DNA of 64,000 nt from an uncultured Limnohabitans sp. (GCA_964613865.1 CAZTJM010000002.1:4132-68131); one strand, 5' to 3'. Positions 19,730-29,740 are shown, counted from the stretch's first letter. The notes: generated by a model not told the origin, from the letters alone. Translations and numbers: made by a program.

Positions 19730-20140
19730 ATGTATCATAAAATTCTTGCGCTTAGCATTGTCATCGCAGGTCTTATCTGCGGTGCTATCGCATTAATTTA
19801 TTCCCAAAATACCAAAACGATGAGTGCAGAAGCTATTCAACAAAACAGACATGAAATCATAGTTGTGCTCAAGCCAAGCAGTGGAGTGAGCGTAAAGATG
19901 GGAAGCTTCAGCTCGAGAGAAAGTAATCGAGTGGATAACATCAATCGCTTGTTGAAAGAATATGGCGGTGAGGTTCGCAGAATAGAAATCCCAGTCCCAA
20001 AAGAGTCCGCTCCTACATCCGAATATTATCAAATTTTCTATTCTGCAGACCCTAAAACTTTACTCGAAGCGCTAAAAGCAGAGGACTGGGTTGAGAGTGC
20101 CTATCTCAAGCCGAAATCTGAAGATCCGGATGGTTTTTAG
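19730..20140 (+). CDS. Small exported or membrane-anchored protein homologous to the prodomain of the adjacent S8 protease
   Basis: Hydrophobic N-terminus (ILALSIVIAGLICGAIALIY). HEIIVVLK aligns with HELVVIFK and WVESAYLKPKSEDP with LVEGAYIKPPAEDP. ATG at 19730 preferred to the track start at 19712. Confidence 0.8.
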   Translation: MYHKILALSIVIAGLICGAIALIYSQNTKTMSAEAIQQNRHEIIVVLKPSSGVSVKMGSFSSRESNRVDNINRLLKEYGGEVRRIEIPVPKESAPTSEYYQIFYSADPKTLLEALKAEDWVESAYLKPKSEDPDGF

Positions 20141-20233
20141 TCGTCTACTATTTCTATTTCGTAGTTTTAAATTGGTCATTTAAAATAGTACAAACCTATT
20201 TCTTGTCTCGGCGTGTCGCGGAGGTGAATTTCA

Positions 20234-21592
20234 ATGATAATCGAAAGTGCCACTTCGTACTTTTTCACCCATCTCGGGATTTTGATTTCTGGTGAGAAAC
20301 CCGGAAAGGTGATTGGCATGCCCACTTCCGAGGTATACGCTGATTCGCAGTTGATCCAGCAGCTACTCGGAGTTTCAAAACACCATTTGGACAACGGAAT
20401 TCAGGCCCAAATTTATGCAGGCCCGGAAGATACGCTTGTGGTATTTTATCCCCATGTCGACGAAAAACTCGCGGCCAGTCTTTCGCAAAACCTAAAAGTT
20501 AACTCCTCAATATGGAATGATTTGACTGGAATCAACATCCATCCGAAAAAGGCATTGCTCGCTTTTGATTCGTGTGAAAAAAACCCTGTATTAAAAGCCT
20601 CGAATATTGAACTAAGTAAAGGAAGTCTCCTCGAGGCATGCATTGAAAAATCAGCCGAGAGCCAGCAATCACTAATTGGATTCATTTTTTCCTCAGGATT
20701 CCATCAGTCACTACAAAACAAAATCCCTCTTCCCGCAGGATTGGGTCTTTTGGCAGCCCAGACGGACTTTTTGATGAACAAAAATTCGGCAATGCAATTT
20801 TTAAACGCAGCAGGATTAAACACGGCAAAAACTTACATTTTCAACAGGTCCAACTTTTCATTATCCCAACTCAAAGGTCTTGAAACGCAGGAATACGTGT
20901 TCAAACCCGCCGGCGGAGCAGCTGGACTGGGATTATTTCCAAAAGGAAATACGGGAGCTAACACTGCACTTTTAAAGAAACATTTGGGTGATTTAGAACA
21001 GCAAGGCACCCTACCCGCCCACTTTCAGATCCAAGAATTTATCCCAGGGCCAGTATGGGGTGTCACGGGACTTTTTTTGCCTGGCAAAAAATGGAAAATT
21101 CTACAAGTACATAGCCAATGTATAGACGAACAGGGAAGGTTTACCGGAGGCAGATGGAGTCTTTCATTTCAAAACGAAAAACTGGCATTTGCAGAATCCC
21201 TGTTTTCGAAACTGTCAGAACACGAGCCTTTTGCATATACCGGCTTGATTGAATTTGATCTCGTTGGCGAGACGATCATCGAGGTAAATCCCAGAATCAC
21301 CGCCTCTTCTCCTATTGTTCATCTTCTTTCACTTGAAAACAGGATCAAAGCTCGTCTGGGAACCGATTTTCGGATAAACCAGCTAGATATCAACACCAAA
21401 GTCCAATTTCCTAGGCTGTCCGACAAACTTAGATCTGTCGCGCGACTCGTCAAAAAAACAAAAAGCGAAACTGGGATGCTTACCCTACCTCAAGGGATCA
21501 ATCCCATGGGAGCTTCCAGAGTACTTTTTGTCAACGATCAAGAAGATTCCCGCTACCAAAGGCAGTTTCTTAAGGAACTCGAACAGATCTAA
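20234..21592 (+). CDS. ATP-grasp fold ligase of unknown substrate
   Basis: VFKPAGGAAGLG, FQIQEFIPG, IEFDLV and IIEVNPRITAS motifs. Confidence 0.8.
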   Translation: MIIESATSYFFTHLGILISGEKPGKVIGMPTSEVYADSQLIQQLLGVSKHHLDNGIQAQIYAGPEDTLVVFYPHVDEKLAASLSQNLKVNSSIWNDLTGINIHPKKALLAFDSCEKNPVLKASNIELSKGSLLEACIEKSAESQQSLIGFIFSSGFHQSLQNKIPLPAGLGLLAAQTDFLMNKNSAMQFLNAAGLNTAKTYIFNRSNFSLSQLKGLETQEYVFKPAGGAAGLGLFPKGNTGANTALLKKHLGDLEQQGTLPAHFQIQEFIPGPVWGVTGLFLPGKKWKILQVHSQCIDEQGRFTGGRWSLSFQNEKLAFAESLFSKLSEHEPFAYTGLIEFDLVGETIIEVNPRITASSPIVHLLSLENRIKARLGTDFRINQLDINTKVQFPRLSDKLRSVARLVKKTKSETGMLTLPQGINPMGASRVLFVNDQEDSRYQRQFLKELEQI

Positions 21593-21605
21593 GCCCATAC
21601 CTATC

Positions 21606-21637
21606 AAAAAAAGAGGATCGAAACCAATCCTCCTTTT
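21606..21637. terminator. Probable bidirectional terminator between convergent genes
   Basis: AAAAAAAGAGGAT-CGAAACCA-ATCCTCCTTTT. Confidence 0.6.
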
Positions 21638-21683
21638 CAACATCTAAAACTTAACTTTAACCTAACTAGTCTTGTGAGCCTGA

Positions 21684-23336
21684 TTATTTCAATTTCCCCT
21701 CCGTATCGGTATAGTTACCGATAATCTGGGCTCCGCTATTGATCGTCACATCGCCATAGATGGTGATCGTATTTCCCTCTCCGACAAACTCGAGTGTGGC
21801 GCCGCTATTCAGCCTCAAGTCACCGTAGATCACGGTGCTGCCAGAGAGCTTTAGATAAGATTTGCTGTTGACGTTGATGGCGGTGTTCTTTTTATACTGG
21901 CCAAAAGCAAAGCTTCCGACTACCTGCATGACACCGTTGCTGTTGACATTTAGACTGCTCTCCACTGCCAAAGATCCACAGTAGAGCAGTTCTCCACCTA
22001 CATTGACATTTTTAAGGGAAGCCGCTCCTGCAAAAGCCATTCGCTCGTTTGAGTTGACATTCAGGTTACTGTTCCCGCTATATGCAGGAAGATCCTTACA
22101 AAGTTGCTCAGCGATATCTTCCATGGGAACGTTTATCTTAAGGACCTGTAACCCTCCGGCTCCAGTGGCGACAAAAACGAAGTTCTCTTCATTTCTGACG
22201 AAGTTGGACGAACCATCAAGATCTAGGATCCCCAAACTCTTAATATCGGAGGTGTTTTCGACGTTGGAGACAGAGATTCCCGCAGCTCCATTGGCCATGA
22301 ACAGCAGGGAATTGTCGACAGAAACCGCATTGGTGACAACGTCACCCGGATCGGTATCATCTGGGTTGATAGGAATAGGAAGCTTGCTGACCAATTGCCC
22401 ACTGCCCAGGCTGTAGATACCGGCGCCATTAGCGCCCTCAGACACATAGAGATTGTTGTCCGCTATAGCAATCGTCCTCTTCGCCTCCGGTGTGGCATCG
22501 TCTAAGTTTATTTTCAACAGTTCGGCCAAATTCGAAGGATTATAAACAATCGCTCCTTCGGTTCCACTGAGCACAGCCAGTTTATCACTACCGTAGGCAA
22601 CACTCCTCAAATCTTCTACCTCAACCTCTTGGCTTACATTTCCGGCAATATCCACTACTCCCAATATGCCCGGATTTCCAGTAGTTACCGCTGTAGAGCT
22701 ACTAAGCCCCGTTACATCGTTTGCAACGAAACCCGGAAGTGAAACAAATGAAAAATCAGAGGTAAACTTTCCGTTAGAAACAGAGACCCTGGCGAGGTTC
22801 GCCGGGGAACTTACGCCAAAGTCCCCATCCACGTCAACTGCCATTGCCAACTGTAGGGTACCATTCGAATATTGCAAGGAACTTACTTCCGCGTCCGTAA
22901 AAAGGGCCTGAGAAACAATTTTTGGTTTGTACGCATCGGAAATATCGAATATCTCCACGGCGCCCAAATACGTTTCCCCTTCCAAATTGTATCCAACGTA
23001 AGCATAGTTCCCATCAATGTCCACATGAGTCGCCCTTAGTTTTACCCCTTGATATTCAGGAGCTTCTACCTGTGAAATCAATACAATAGGCAGCTCTGAC
23101 GAACTTTCCAAAATCCTCCCCGCTGCTGCCTCCGGATCGATCAGCGTCACGACTCCACTACCATCAAGTTTGATACGCTCACTTAGCGTTTCACTGTCGG
23201 TCCGTATCAAAATTGACTGGGGATCTGAGCCCGAGTCTTCGCAGGAAATCAGCAGTAAAGCAGAAAGTGCCAAGCCGAGGCCAATACATTTTATCGCATT
23301 TTCTTTCGAATAGCCATTCTTGAAGTTCAAATACAT
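21684..23336 (-). CDS. Lipoprotein with an LVIVD-like beta-propeller and a C-terminal beta-helix-like domain
   Basis: Lipobox LLISC; blades such as HVDIDGNYAYVGY, AVEIFDIS and NFVFVATGAGGLQVL; C-terminal N/V/G-rich repeats (LNVNSN, LRLNSG, VTINSG). Confidence 0.7.
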   Translation of the reverse strand: MYLNFKNGYSKENAIKCIGLGLALSALLLISCEDSGSDPQSILIRTDSETLSERIKLDGSGVVTLIDPEAAAGRILESSSELPIVLISQVEAPEYQGVKLRATHVDIDGNYAYVGYNLEGETYLGAVEIFDISDAYKPKIVSQALFTDAEVSSLQYSNGTLQLAMAVDVDGDFGVSSPANLARVSVSNGKFTSDFSFVSLPGFVANDVTGLSSSTAVTTGNPGILGVVDIAGNVSQEVEVEDLRSVAYGSDKLAVLSGTEGAIVYNPSNLAELLKINLDDATPEAKRTIAIADNNLYVSEGANGAGIYSLGSGQLVSKLPIPINPDDTDPGDVVTNAVSVDNSLLFMANGAAGISVSNVENTSDIKSLGILDLDGSSNFVRNEENFVFVATGAGGLQVLKINVPMEDIAEQLCKDLPAYSGNSNLNVNSNERMAFAGAASLKNVNVGGELLYCGSLAVESSLNVNSNGVMQVVGSFAFGQYKKNTAINVNSKSYLKLSGSTVIYGDLRLNSGATLEFVGEGNTITIYGDVTINSGAQIIGNYTDTEGKLK

Positions 23337-23800
23337 ATAATAGAATTTTATTTCTTAATATCTATTTTTACAGAATATAATTCCATAAAATTAGCTAATG
23401 CATTCTATTTTCAAAATAAATAGACGATTCGCCTTTATCTAATTGATGATAGTCCCTCATTTTCAAGGGCTTTATTCTTAAATCATTGAGTGAAAAAAAT
23501 ACTTAACCTGCCACATCGGGCACAAAGGTTTGAATCAGCAATACAAAGCGCTTTCAAGTTTTAGGAGGGCACCAAAAAACCAACGAGCTATGTCCAGAAC
23601 CTGCAAAGGAAAAGTTTTTCGAACAGTGGTTTTACTATTCTATAGCGCACAGAACGCATCCAAACTAGATGACAAGCATTTTTCTTTAGGGGCAAAAACT
23701 CTTCGCATTTTCCAAAGACATTTTAAAAAGTGGCCGAATTGGGATTCAATTAATAAAAAAAAGTACTGACCTAAATCAGTACCAATCGAAACTTGAGATC

Positions 23801-23830
23801 AAAAAAACTCGGGAAGGATCCCGAGGTTTT
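23801..23830 (-). terminator. Intrinsic terminator of the wza-wzc transcript
   Basis: Plus strand AAAAAAACTCGGGA-AGGA-TCCCGAG, which gives hairpin plus U-run on the minus strand, 3 nt past the wzc stop. Confidence 0.75.
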
Positions 23831-23832
23831 CA

Positions 23833-26280
23833 TTAATTATGACGCCTTAGGGCTCTTTTCCACCAGGGAAGAACTACTTCTTCATGGTATCCATATGAGT
23901 TATTCCCATAACCGTAACCGTATCCGTAACCATAGCCATAGCCATAGCCCTTGTCAATATGAAGGTCATTGAACACTCCGTAAATTTTGGATACGCCACC
24001 TTTTTCAACAAGGTTATTTAGGATTTGGCTATTCCCCTTCATGGAATATCCCTGACGGAACACATAGAAATTCACGTCTGCAAATCCAAATAGCTCCTTT
24101 GTCTCGGACACCAACCCTACAGGAGGGCAGTCAAAAACAACCACATCATACTCTTCCTTTAATCCATTAACGATCATCCTAAATTTATCCTGCAATAGCA
24201 ATTCAGCGGGGTTTGGTGGAACCGGGCCAGAGAGGATCACGTCCAGATTTTCATAGCCTGATGGTTTGACCACGTCCTTCCAGGAAACATTGCTGCTCAG
24301 ACATGTACTCATGCCTTTGTCGTTGACCATGTTAAAATCATCTGCAATTCTTGGTTTCCTCAGATCAAGACCCACCAAAATGGTTTTCTTTCCCATCAAA
24401 GCAAATACAGAAGCCATATTCATCGAAACAAAAGTTTTTCCTTCTCCCGAAATACTTGAGGTAAAGAGTAGGGAGAGATTCTTTTTTTGAGGGCTCAAAT
24501 ATGTTAGATCAGCACGAAGAGAGCGAAAGGATTCCGTTACTGAAGATCTTGGACTATTAAATACCGGGAGAGAATCTTCTGATGTACTTCTTCCAATCAT
24601 CCCTATCAAGGGAACTTTGATCTGCTTTTCCAACTCTTTTGGATCTTCAATCTTAGTGTTTAAAAAGTCCTTTACAGTGATGAAGCCAATCGGCAACATC
24701 ATACCGAGAATAAGGCCAATCAACAAATTGAGCGAACGCTTAGGGGCTACAGGTAACTGTCCTGACTTGGCATAATCCAAAACACTGTTTTTTGGCATAT
24801 TGGCGGCCTTGGTGATCTCCGCCTCTGCCTTTTTCTGGAGTAGATAGACGTAGATATTCTCGTTGATGGAAAACTGGCGCTGAATCGAGAGGAGGTTTCT
24901 CTCCGTCTGAGGCAGTGAGTTCACGTCCCGCTCTATCATGCTGATGCGATTGTTCAAATCAGCTAGCACATCCTGGGTATTCTGCGCGGCAAGATTGACG
25001 TTTTCCTCCAACGCTCTTTTCGCATTCTGTACTCGGCTGGCGTTCTCTCGCACGACGGGGGTTTGGTCAGTGAAATTTGCCTTCAATCGAGATTGCTCCG
25101 CTTGCAATTCGCTGAGGGACTGCACTAAAGAGTTCAAAAGTGGATCCGTGATCCCAATCACCGAAGGTGCTACCAAATCCGCCTCCTGATTGTTCGCCAA
25201 ATAGGTCTGAAGAGTCTTGTAATATTTCAGGGTAACCTCTGTCTGCGCTTTCTCCTTCTCCAATTCCTGAAGTCGCTCAAATATGACGGCGCCCTCTTCG
25301 GAAAGATTAAATACTCTATTCTCCGTCCTATATTGCTGCAGCCTATTTTCGGAATATCTCAGCGAGTCAGTAATTCCACTAAGTTGTTGATCTATAAACA
25401 GGACTGTGTTCTCGGACGCTCTGTTCTTTTCGTCAAGCTCGCGCTGAAGGTACATATCCATCAGCTTGTTTACATAATCCTGGCCAAGTCGGCGTACAGG
25501 AGTCTCCAAACTTAGCGTAAGAATGGAAGCTTGCTTATTGATGGGAGTTACGGCCAGCTCCTCGCGGAATTTTAGTGCCAAGGATGGAGTATCGGAGACT
25601 TTAAACAGAATCTCGTCTCCAGGTAAGGCATTGATCAAGTCAATCTTAAACGAATAATTCTCACCGGAAACCACCTCTCCAAAAGAATAGACTTCCTGAA
25701 GTTCGAGTTTCCCTTCAAAGCTAGATTTGAAAAATTTATCAGAGGGGGAAAAGACGGCAAACCCCTCATCGATTACTGTCAAACTAAATGACCTATCATC
25801 AATAACCTCGATCTTAAACATCCCCCCTACCAGCTGTGGCTGAGTCCAATCCACGGTCACCAGGACCGGAACGCGACCATACAGCTGGGTGCTGGTGAAT
25901 AAATCTTCCTGAAAATATTGAACATTGAGGCCGAGTGCATTAATAGTCTGCTCAGCCAAAGAATATGACTTTAGAATCCCGATTTCATTTTCAATGTTGT
26001 TTTTGCCCTGTAACATGCCCAATCCGCTGGATTCAAAGAGGTCCGTGCCCAAACTTGGTTTATCGTCGGCGACTAGGATACTTGACTCGACTTTGTAGAC
26101 CGGCGTGGTATAACGATTAAAAAGGAAAGCCGCAATAACGCCTACCGCCATGAAAATCAGGATTATTGGCCAATATTGAAGATAATTGAAGATGATCACC
26201 TTCAAATCAATCTCGTCCTCCTGGTTGACCATGAAAGGGGATTGGGCACTGGAATTTACTTGGGGAGAATTGGGATACAT
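23833..26280 (-). CDS. wzc: Polysaccharide co-polymerase / BY tyrosine autokinase (Wzc/GumC)
   Basis: Two TM segments around a coiled-coil periplasmic domain; Walker A TSSISGEGKT, A' LDLRKP, B VVFDCPP; C-terminal Tyr cluster GYGYGYGYGYGYG. Confidence 0.95.
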   Translation of the reverse strand: MYPNSPQVNSSAQSPFMVNQEDEIDLKVIIFNYLQYWPIILIFMAVGVIAAFLFNRYTTPVYKVESSILVADDKPSLGTDLFESSGLGMLQGKNNIENEIGILKSYSLAEQTINALGLNVQYFQEDLFTSTQLYGRVPVLVTVDWTQPQLVGGMFKIEVIDDRSFSLTVIDEGFAVFSPSDKFFKSSFEGKLELQEVYSFGEVVSGENYSFKIDLINALPGDEILFKVSDTPSLALKFREELAVTPINKQASILTLSLETPVRRLGQDYVNKLMDMYLQRELDEKNRASENTVLFIDQQLSGITDSLRYSENRLQQYRTENRVFNLSEEGAVIFERLQELEKEKAQTEVTLKYYKTLQTYLANNQEADLVAPSVIGITDPLLNSLVQSLSELQAEQSRLKANFTDQTPVVRENASRVQNAKRALEENVNLAAQNTQDVLADLNNRISMIERDVNSLPQTERNLLSIQRQFSINENIYVYLLQKKAEAEITKAANMPKNSVLDYAKSGQLPVAPKRSLNLLIGLILGMMLPIGFITVKDFLNTKIEDPKELEKQIKVPLIGMIGRSTSEDSLPVFNSPRSSVTESFRSLRADLTYLSPQKKNLSLLFTSSISGEGKTFVSMNMASVFALMGKKTILVGLDLRKPRIADDFNMVNDKGMSTCLSSNVSWKDVVKPSGYENLDVILSGPVPPNPAELLLQDKFRMIVNGLKEEYDVVVFDCPPVGLVSETKELFGFADVNFYVFRQGYSMKGNSQILNNLVEKGGVSKIYGVFNDLHIDKGYGYGYGYGYGYGYGNNSYGYHEEVVLPWWKRALRRHN

Positions 26281-26282
26281 CT

Positions 26283-27095
26283 TTATTGAGTAGCAACATT
26301 AATAATCAGGACCGCCGCAGTGATGGCAGAAATCAAAAGAGTCAATGATTGGGCTGCATTTTCGCCAGCTCCTACTTCACGAACCTTCATCGGCTCAGCA
26401 TAGATCTGATCATTGGGCTGAATGAAGTAAAAGGGGGACCCAACCAAATGTCTGTCGATTAGGTTAAGCCTATGGAGTTTAGTCCCTTCAGGATACTGTC
26501 TGATCAAAAGTATCTCATTTCTTTTGGCGATGGTGGTCAAATCTCCAGCGTTTGCTATGGCTTCAAAAATCGTCATCCTATCCTGCAAGACCACAAATTT
26601 TCCAGGCCTCCTAAATTCTCCCAAAGCTGAGTACCTGATACCGCCCAGTTTCACTTTCACATACAGTTCCGAGGTAACATAGGCCCTCAATTGCTCTTCT
26701 ATCTGCAATCTGGCTTCCTCCAGCGTCTTGTTTTGCACGTTTACTTCTCCGATAATTGGAAGCCTGACATTTCCATTTCTGTCTACGGTATATCCGGTCA
26801 TATAATAGACATCCCCTCCATTTTGACCCGCTACTTGCATCTGTTGATTGTTAGCCATTACTGGCCTACTGTTAAATCCAGTTTGTATCAGCTCTTCGAT
26901 TGTTTGAACGTTGACATCGATGATGTCATTATACTGCAATTTGTATTCTGGAATTTCGTAGGAAATCAACTCCCCTTCCGGGATCGGTTCATTGTCCTCG
27001 AGATTTTGTAGGTAGATAATCTTTTCATTTGAAACACAGGCCATAGCTGCCCAAAAAACGAGTCCAAAAAGGGATACTCTGAAGAGTTTTCTCAT
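26283..27095 (-). CDS. wza: Polysaccharide export outer-membrane lipoprotein (Wza/OPX)
   Basis: Lipobox AAMAC; YKLQYNDII, TVDRNGNVRLPIIG, SLBB domain TIFEAIANAGDL, and C-terminal helix. Confidence 0.92.
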   Translation of the reverse strand: MRKLFRVSLFGLVFWAAMACVSNEKIIYLQNLEDNEPIPEGELISYEIPEYKLQYNDIIDVNVQTIEELIQTGFNSRPVMANNQQMQVAGQNGGDVYYMTGYTVDRNGNVRLPIIGEVNVQNKTLEEARLQIEEQLRAYVTSELYVKVKLGGIRYSALGEFRRPGKFVVLQDRMTIFEAIANAGDLTTIAKRNEILLIRQYPEGTKLHRLNLIDRHLVGSPFYFIQPNDQIYAEPMKVREVGAGENAAQSLTLLISAITAAVLIINVATQ

Positions 27096-27130
27096 AAACT
27101 TAAATTAATTCACATTTCGCCAACGCGTCG

Positions 27131-27138
27131 CAAACTTA
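27131..27138 (-). promoter_or_regulatory. Bacteroidota housekeeping-sigma -7 element upstream of wza
   Basis: Minus strand TAAGTTTG matches TAnnTTTG about 36 nt before the start; the -33 TTTG is not clearly placed. Confidence 0.45.
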
Positions 27139-27234
27139 GAAATTTTCCTTCAAAATTTTGATTTTTTGTAATTTGAGACACACTTGTCTGCATATTCTTC
27201 AATTTCGCGCACTTGAGTCTCGCTGGCACAAAAA

Positions 27235-27603
27235 TTAAAAGTCTTTTTCTCTGACGATCAAAAACCAGTCCCCTTCCAGCTCCAAGTATCCAAAATCGTA
27301 GCAATAACGATAGCAACTTCCTTTCTTGTTCTGATAGGTATGTGTAAAATATCGGAAATTAAATCCAGCTCTGGTCAATTTATCTCTGTTGGTTTTTACA
27401 AGTTCGCCATGTTCCCTGACTAGCGTTTCTAGAATATTTCGGTTCTTTCTCAAGGAATAGTTAATGTTTCTGACCAGGTTTACCGTTTCGGCGTTTTGCT
27501 TGTTGTTATAGGTATTTCTGCAGCTATCATCACAGAACTTCTTGTCCAAGCGTCCCTGTATCGCTTTGCCACAATTGAGGCAAATTCTTTTTTCCTGATC
27601 CAT
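27235..27603 (-). CDS. Conserved hypothetical protein with an N-terminal zinc ribbon (DUF2116-like)
   Basis: CLNCG...KKFCDDSCR followed by RNIN..LRKNR.IL and GFNFRYFT. Confidence 0.8.
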   Translation of the reverse strand: MDQEKRICLNCGKAIQGRLDKKFCDDSCRNTYNNKQNAETVNLVRNINYSLRKNRNILETLVREHGELVKTNRDKLTRAGFNFRYFTHTYQNKKGSCYRYCYDFGYLELEGDWFLIVREKDF

Positions 27604-28029
27604 GGCAGAAGGCTTAAATCAATTTACACAATTAGTTCAAAGATATGGACTGGCTTGTCAATAGAAAATTCCGCAGTCTGATTTTTCAAATTCCGCCGAA
27701 AAAATGCTGATGGATTGTCAAACTCCAAAAGTCTGCGCGATGTTACTACATGGAGTAAAAAACGGCAGTACGCCTGTAAATCTATCTTTCCAGCATTAAA
27801 GCATTTGGCTTGGACACGGCATTTGGAGCAAAAAAATCATCTCCAGGTTTATTTTTTTGAAAATTAATATCAATCAAATTTTGCGAAGCACGCGCATATT
27901 AAATAAGATATTGATAAATTAGGTTGTCTATTACCCTCAAACTGAAGAGCTTGACCAAACAAAATTTCGAGCTGCTGGTTAGGTTCTTTACTCGTTTGCA
28001 AATCATCGGTCAACCTAAATATTACTGCT

Positions 28030-28614
28030 ATGAAAGTTTCCTCAGTCTCGCTGATTTTACTGGCGGTGCTTACTGCTTCTTGTTTCTCCTCAAAGGACTA
28101 CGTTACAGACTACGATTATAATTACACGGGCTCTTTTAAGAAATACAAGACCTTCGCTTTCGTGGAAGCCACCAGCCAGGATTCCTCAACTTTGGTCAGC
28201 GTACTCAATGCTACTATTGGAGCCAGGCTTGGTTCCCAAGGCTTTAGAGAGCAAGTCTCCAAACCAGACATGCTGGTCAGCTACAAGATCTTTTCTGACT
28301 CCATCAGGTACAGGGGCTATGTGCAACCAGAGTTTGACTATTGGCTAAACCGTACCGGACAGACTTACCGTAATGACGAAGGTGAAATAGAGCGGGAGCA
28401 GGAGAAAGACGAAACCTATAACCAAGTAAGATATTCTCAAAACAACGGCATGTTGGTCATCTATGTGATCGACTCCAAGAAAGGAAACACCATCTGGCAG
28501 GGATACACCGCCGCAAACTTTGACCTCCAGTCCCCTAACTTCCACTCTGACATCACGCGGGCGGCCTACCGGGTGATGAACGAATTCAAAATCGTCAATA
28601 GGCTCATGGAATAG
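28030..28614 (+). CDS. DUF4136 family lipoprotein
   Basis: Lipobox LTASC; DYD....FKKYKTFAF, and GMLVIYVIDSKKGNTIWQG. Confidence 0.8.
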   Translation: MKVSSVSLILLAVLTASCFSSKDYVTDYDYNYTGSFKKYKTFAFVEATSQDSSTLVSVLNATIGARLGSQGFREQVSKPDMLVSYKIFSDSIRYRGYVQPEFDYWLNRTGQTYRNDEGEIEREQEKDETYNQVRYSQNNGMLVIYVIDSKKGNTIWQGYTAANFDLQSPNFHSDITRAAYRVMNEFKIVNRLME

Positions 28615-28661
28615 CCAATTCAAATCCTCAATTCGGGGAGTTTTTCTACATTTTTCCTTGC

Positions 28662-28693
28662 AATGTCCCGGTTTTTTCGGGGCATTTTTTTTT
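28662..28693 (+). terminator. Intrinsic terminator
   Basis: AATGTCCCG-GTTTTTT-CGGGGCAT followed by a T-run. Confidence 0.7.
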
Positions 28694-28838
28694 GTCCAAT
28701 CGCGCTGCGTGGGATTCAAAACATGAATAATTGCCCACGGAAGCCACTTTTCGAGACATTCTGTTTTTCCTTCCTCGACCAAGTTGGCGCTTCTGGCGGT
28801 CATTTTGGATAAGATCAGGAAATCAAGAAAACAAAACC

Positions 28839-29681
28839 ATGAAAAACTCACTTATTGTCGCAGGTGTCCTAGGACTTTCCCTTACTGTTTCCTGTGTGTC
28901 GAAAAAGAAGTACACTGAACTTGAAAGCAACCTTTTTAAAACCCAATCAGAACTCGCTACCACCAACCAAGAAAAGGCTGAGCTCGAGGAGAAAATGACT
29001 GCTATCGAAGCTCGTGTGGCTGAATACAACGCGCGGATCAACTCGTTAAGAGACATGAATGATCAGCTGAACGAGACCAACAGCGAAATGCTGAGCATCG
29101 AAGGCGCTGCAGTGATGTCCAAAAACTCCAAGGCCAAGATGAGAGAGACTCTCGCCAACGTAGATCCCGCAAAGCTGGCAACTGCACAGACATTGGAGGA
29201 CTCCGTAAATCTTGCTGTAGAATACAACCTGAAGAAAAACATCACCGAGCAGACCGAGAGCGAAGACGACGTGACGATCGACATCGACAAAACCGTCGTG
29301 ATGATTTCCGTGTCCGACAAACTGCTGTTTAATACCGGTAGCTACCGAATCAATTCCAAGGCAGATCCCCTACTTGAAAAACTAGCAGAGGTGATCAATT
29401 CAGAACCAAGTCTGCAGGTGATGATCGAAGGACATACTGATCCGCGAACAATTTCCAACGGAGTATTGGAGGACAATTGGGATCTGTCTGTAAAGAGAGC
29501 CACATCCATCGTGAGAAAGCTGCAACTGCAATACCAAGTCGCTCCTGAAAAAATGATTGCTGCAGGAAGAGCTTCTTACATGCCACTCGTGGAAAATGAT
29601 TCAAAAGAAAATATGGCTCTAAACCGCCGAACCCGCATTGTATTGATACCTGATTTGGACATGTTCTTTGCGATGCTATAA
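28839..29681 (+). CDS. OmpA/MotB-like peptidoglycan-binding lipoprotein
   Basis: Likely start MKNSLIV at 28839, lipobox TVSC, coiled coil, then EGHTD, NWDLSVKRA and NRRTRIV. Confidence 0.9.
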   Translation: MKNSLIVAGVLGLSLTVSCVSKKKYTELESNLFKTQSELATTNQEKAELEEKMTAIEARVAEYNARINSLRDMNDQLNETNSEMLSIEGAAVMSKNSKAKMRETLANVDPAKLATAQTLEDSVNLAVEYNLKKNITEQTESEDDVTIDIDKTVVMISVSDKLLFNTGSYRINSKADPLLEKLAEVINSEPSLQVMIEGHTDPRTISNGVLEDNWDLSVKRATSIVRKLQLQYQVAPEKMIAAGRASYMPLVENDSKENMALNRRTRIVLIPDLDMFFAML

Positions 29682-29740
29682 AGAAACCAACTACCACTAT
29701 CAACGAATAAAAAGAGGCTTTCTCAAAAATCTCAGAAAGT

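Noticed and set aside
28731-29681. Flagellar motB call
   Set aside because: The protein has a lipobox rather than the MotB TM Asp helix, and there is no motA or flagellar gene nearby. It is a generic OmpA-like protein.
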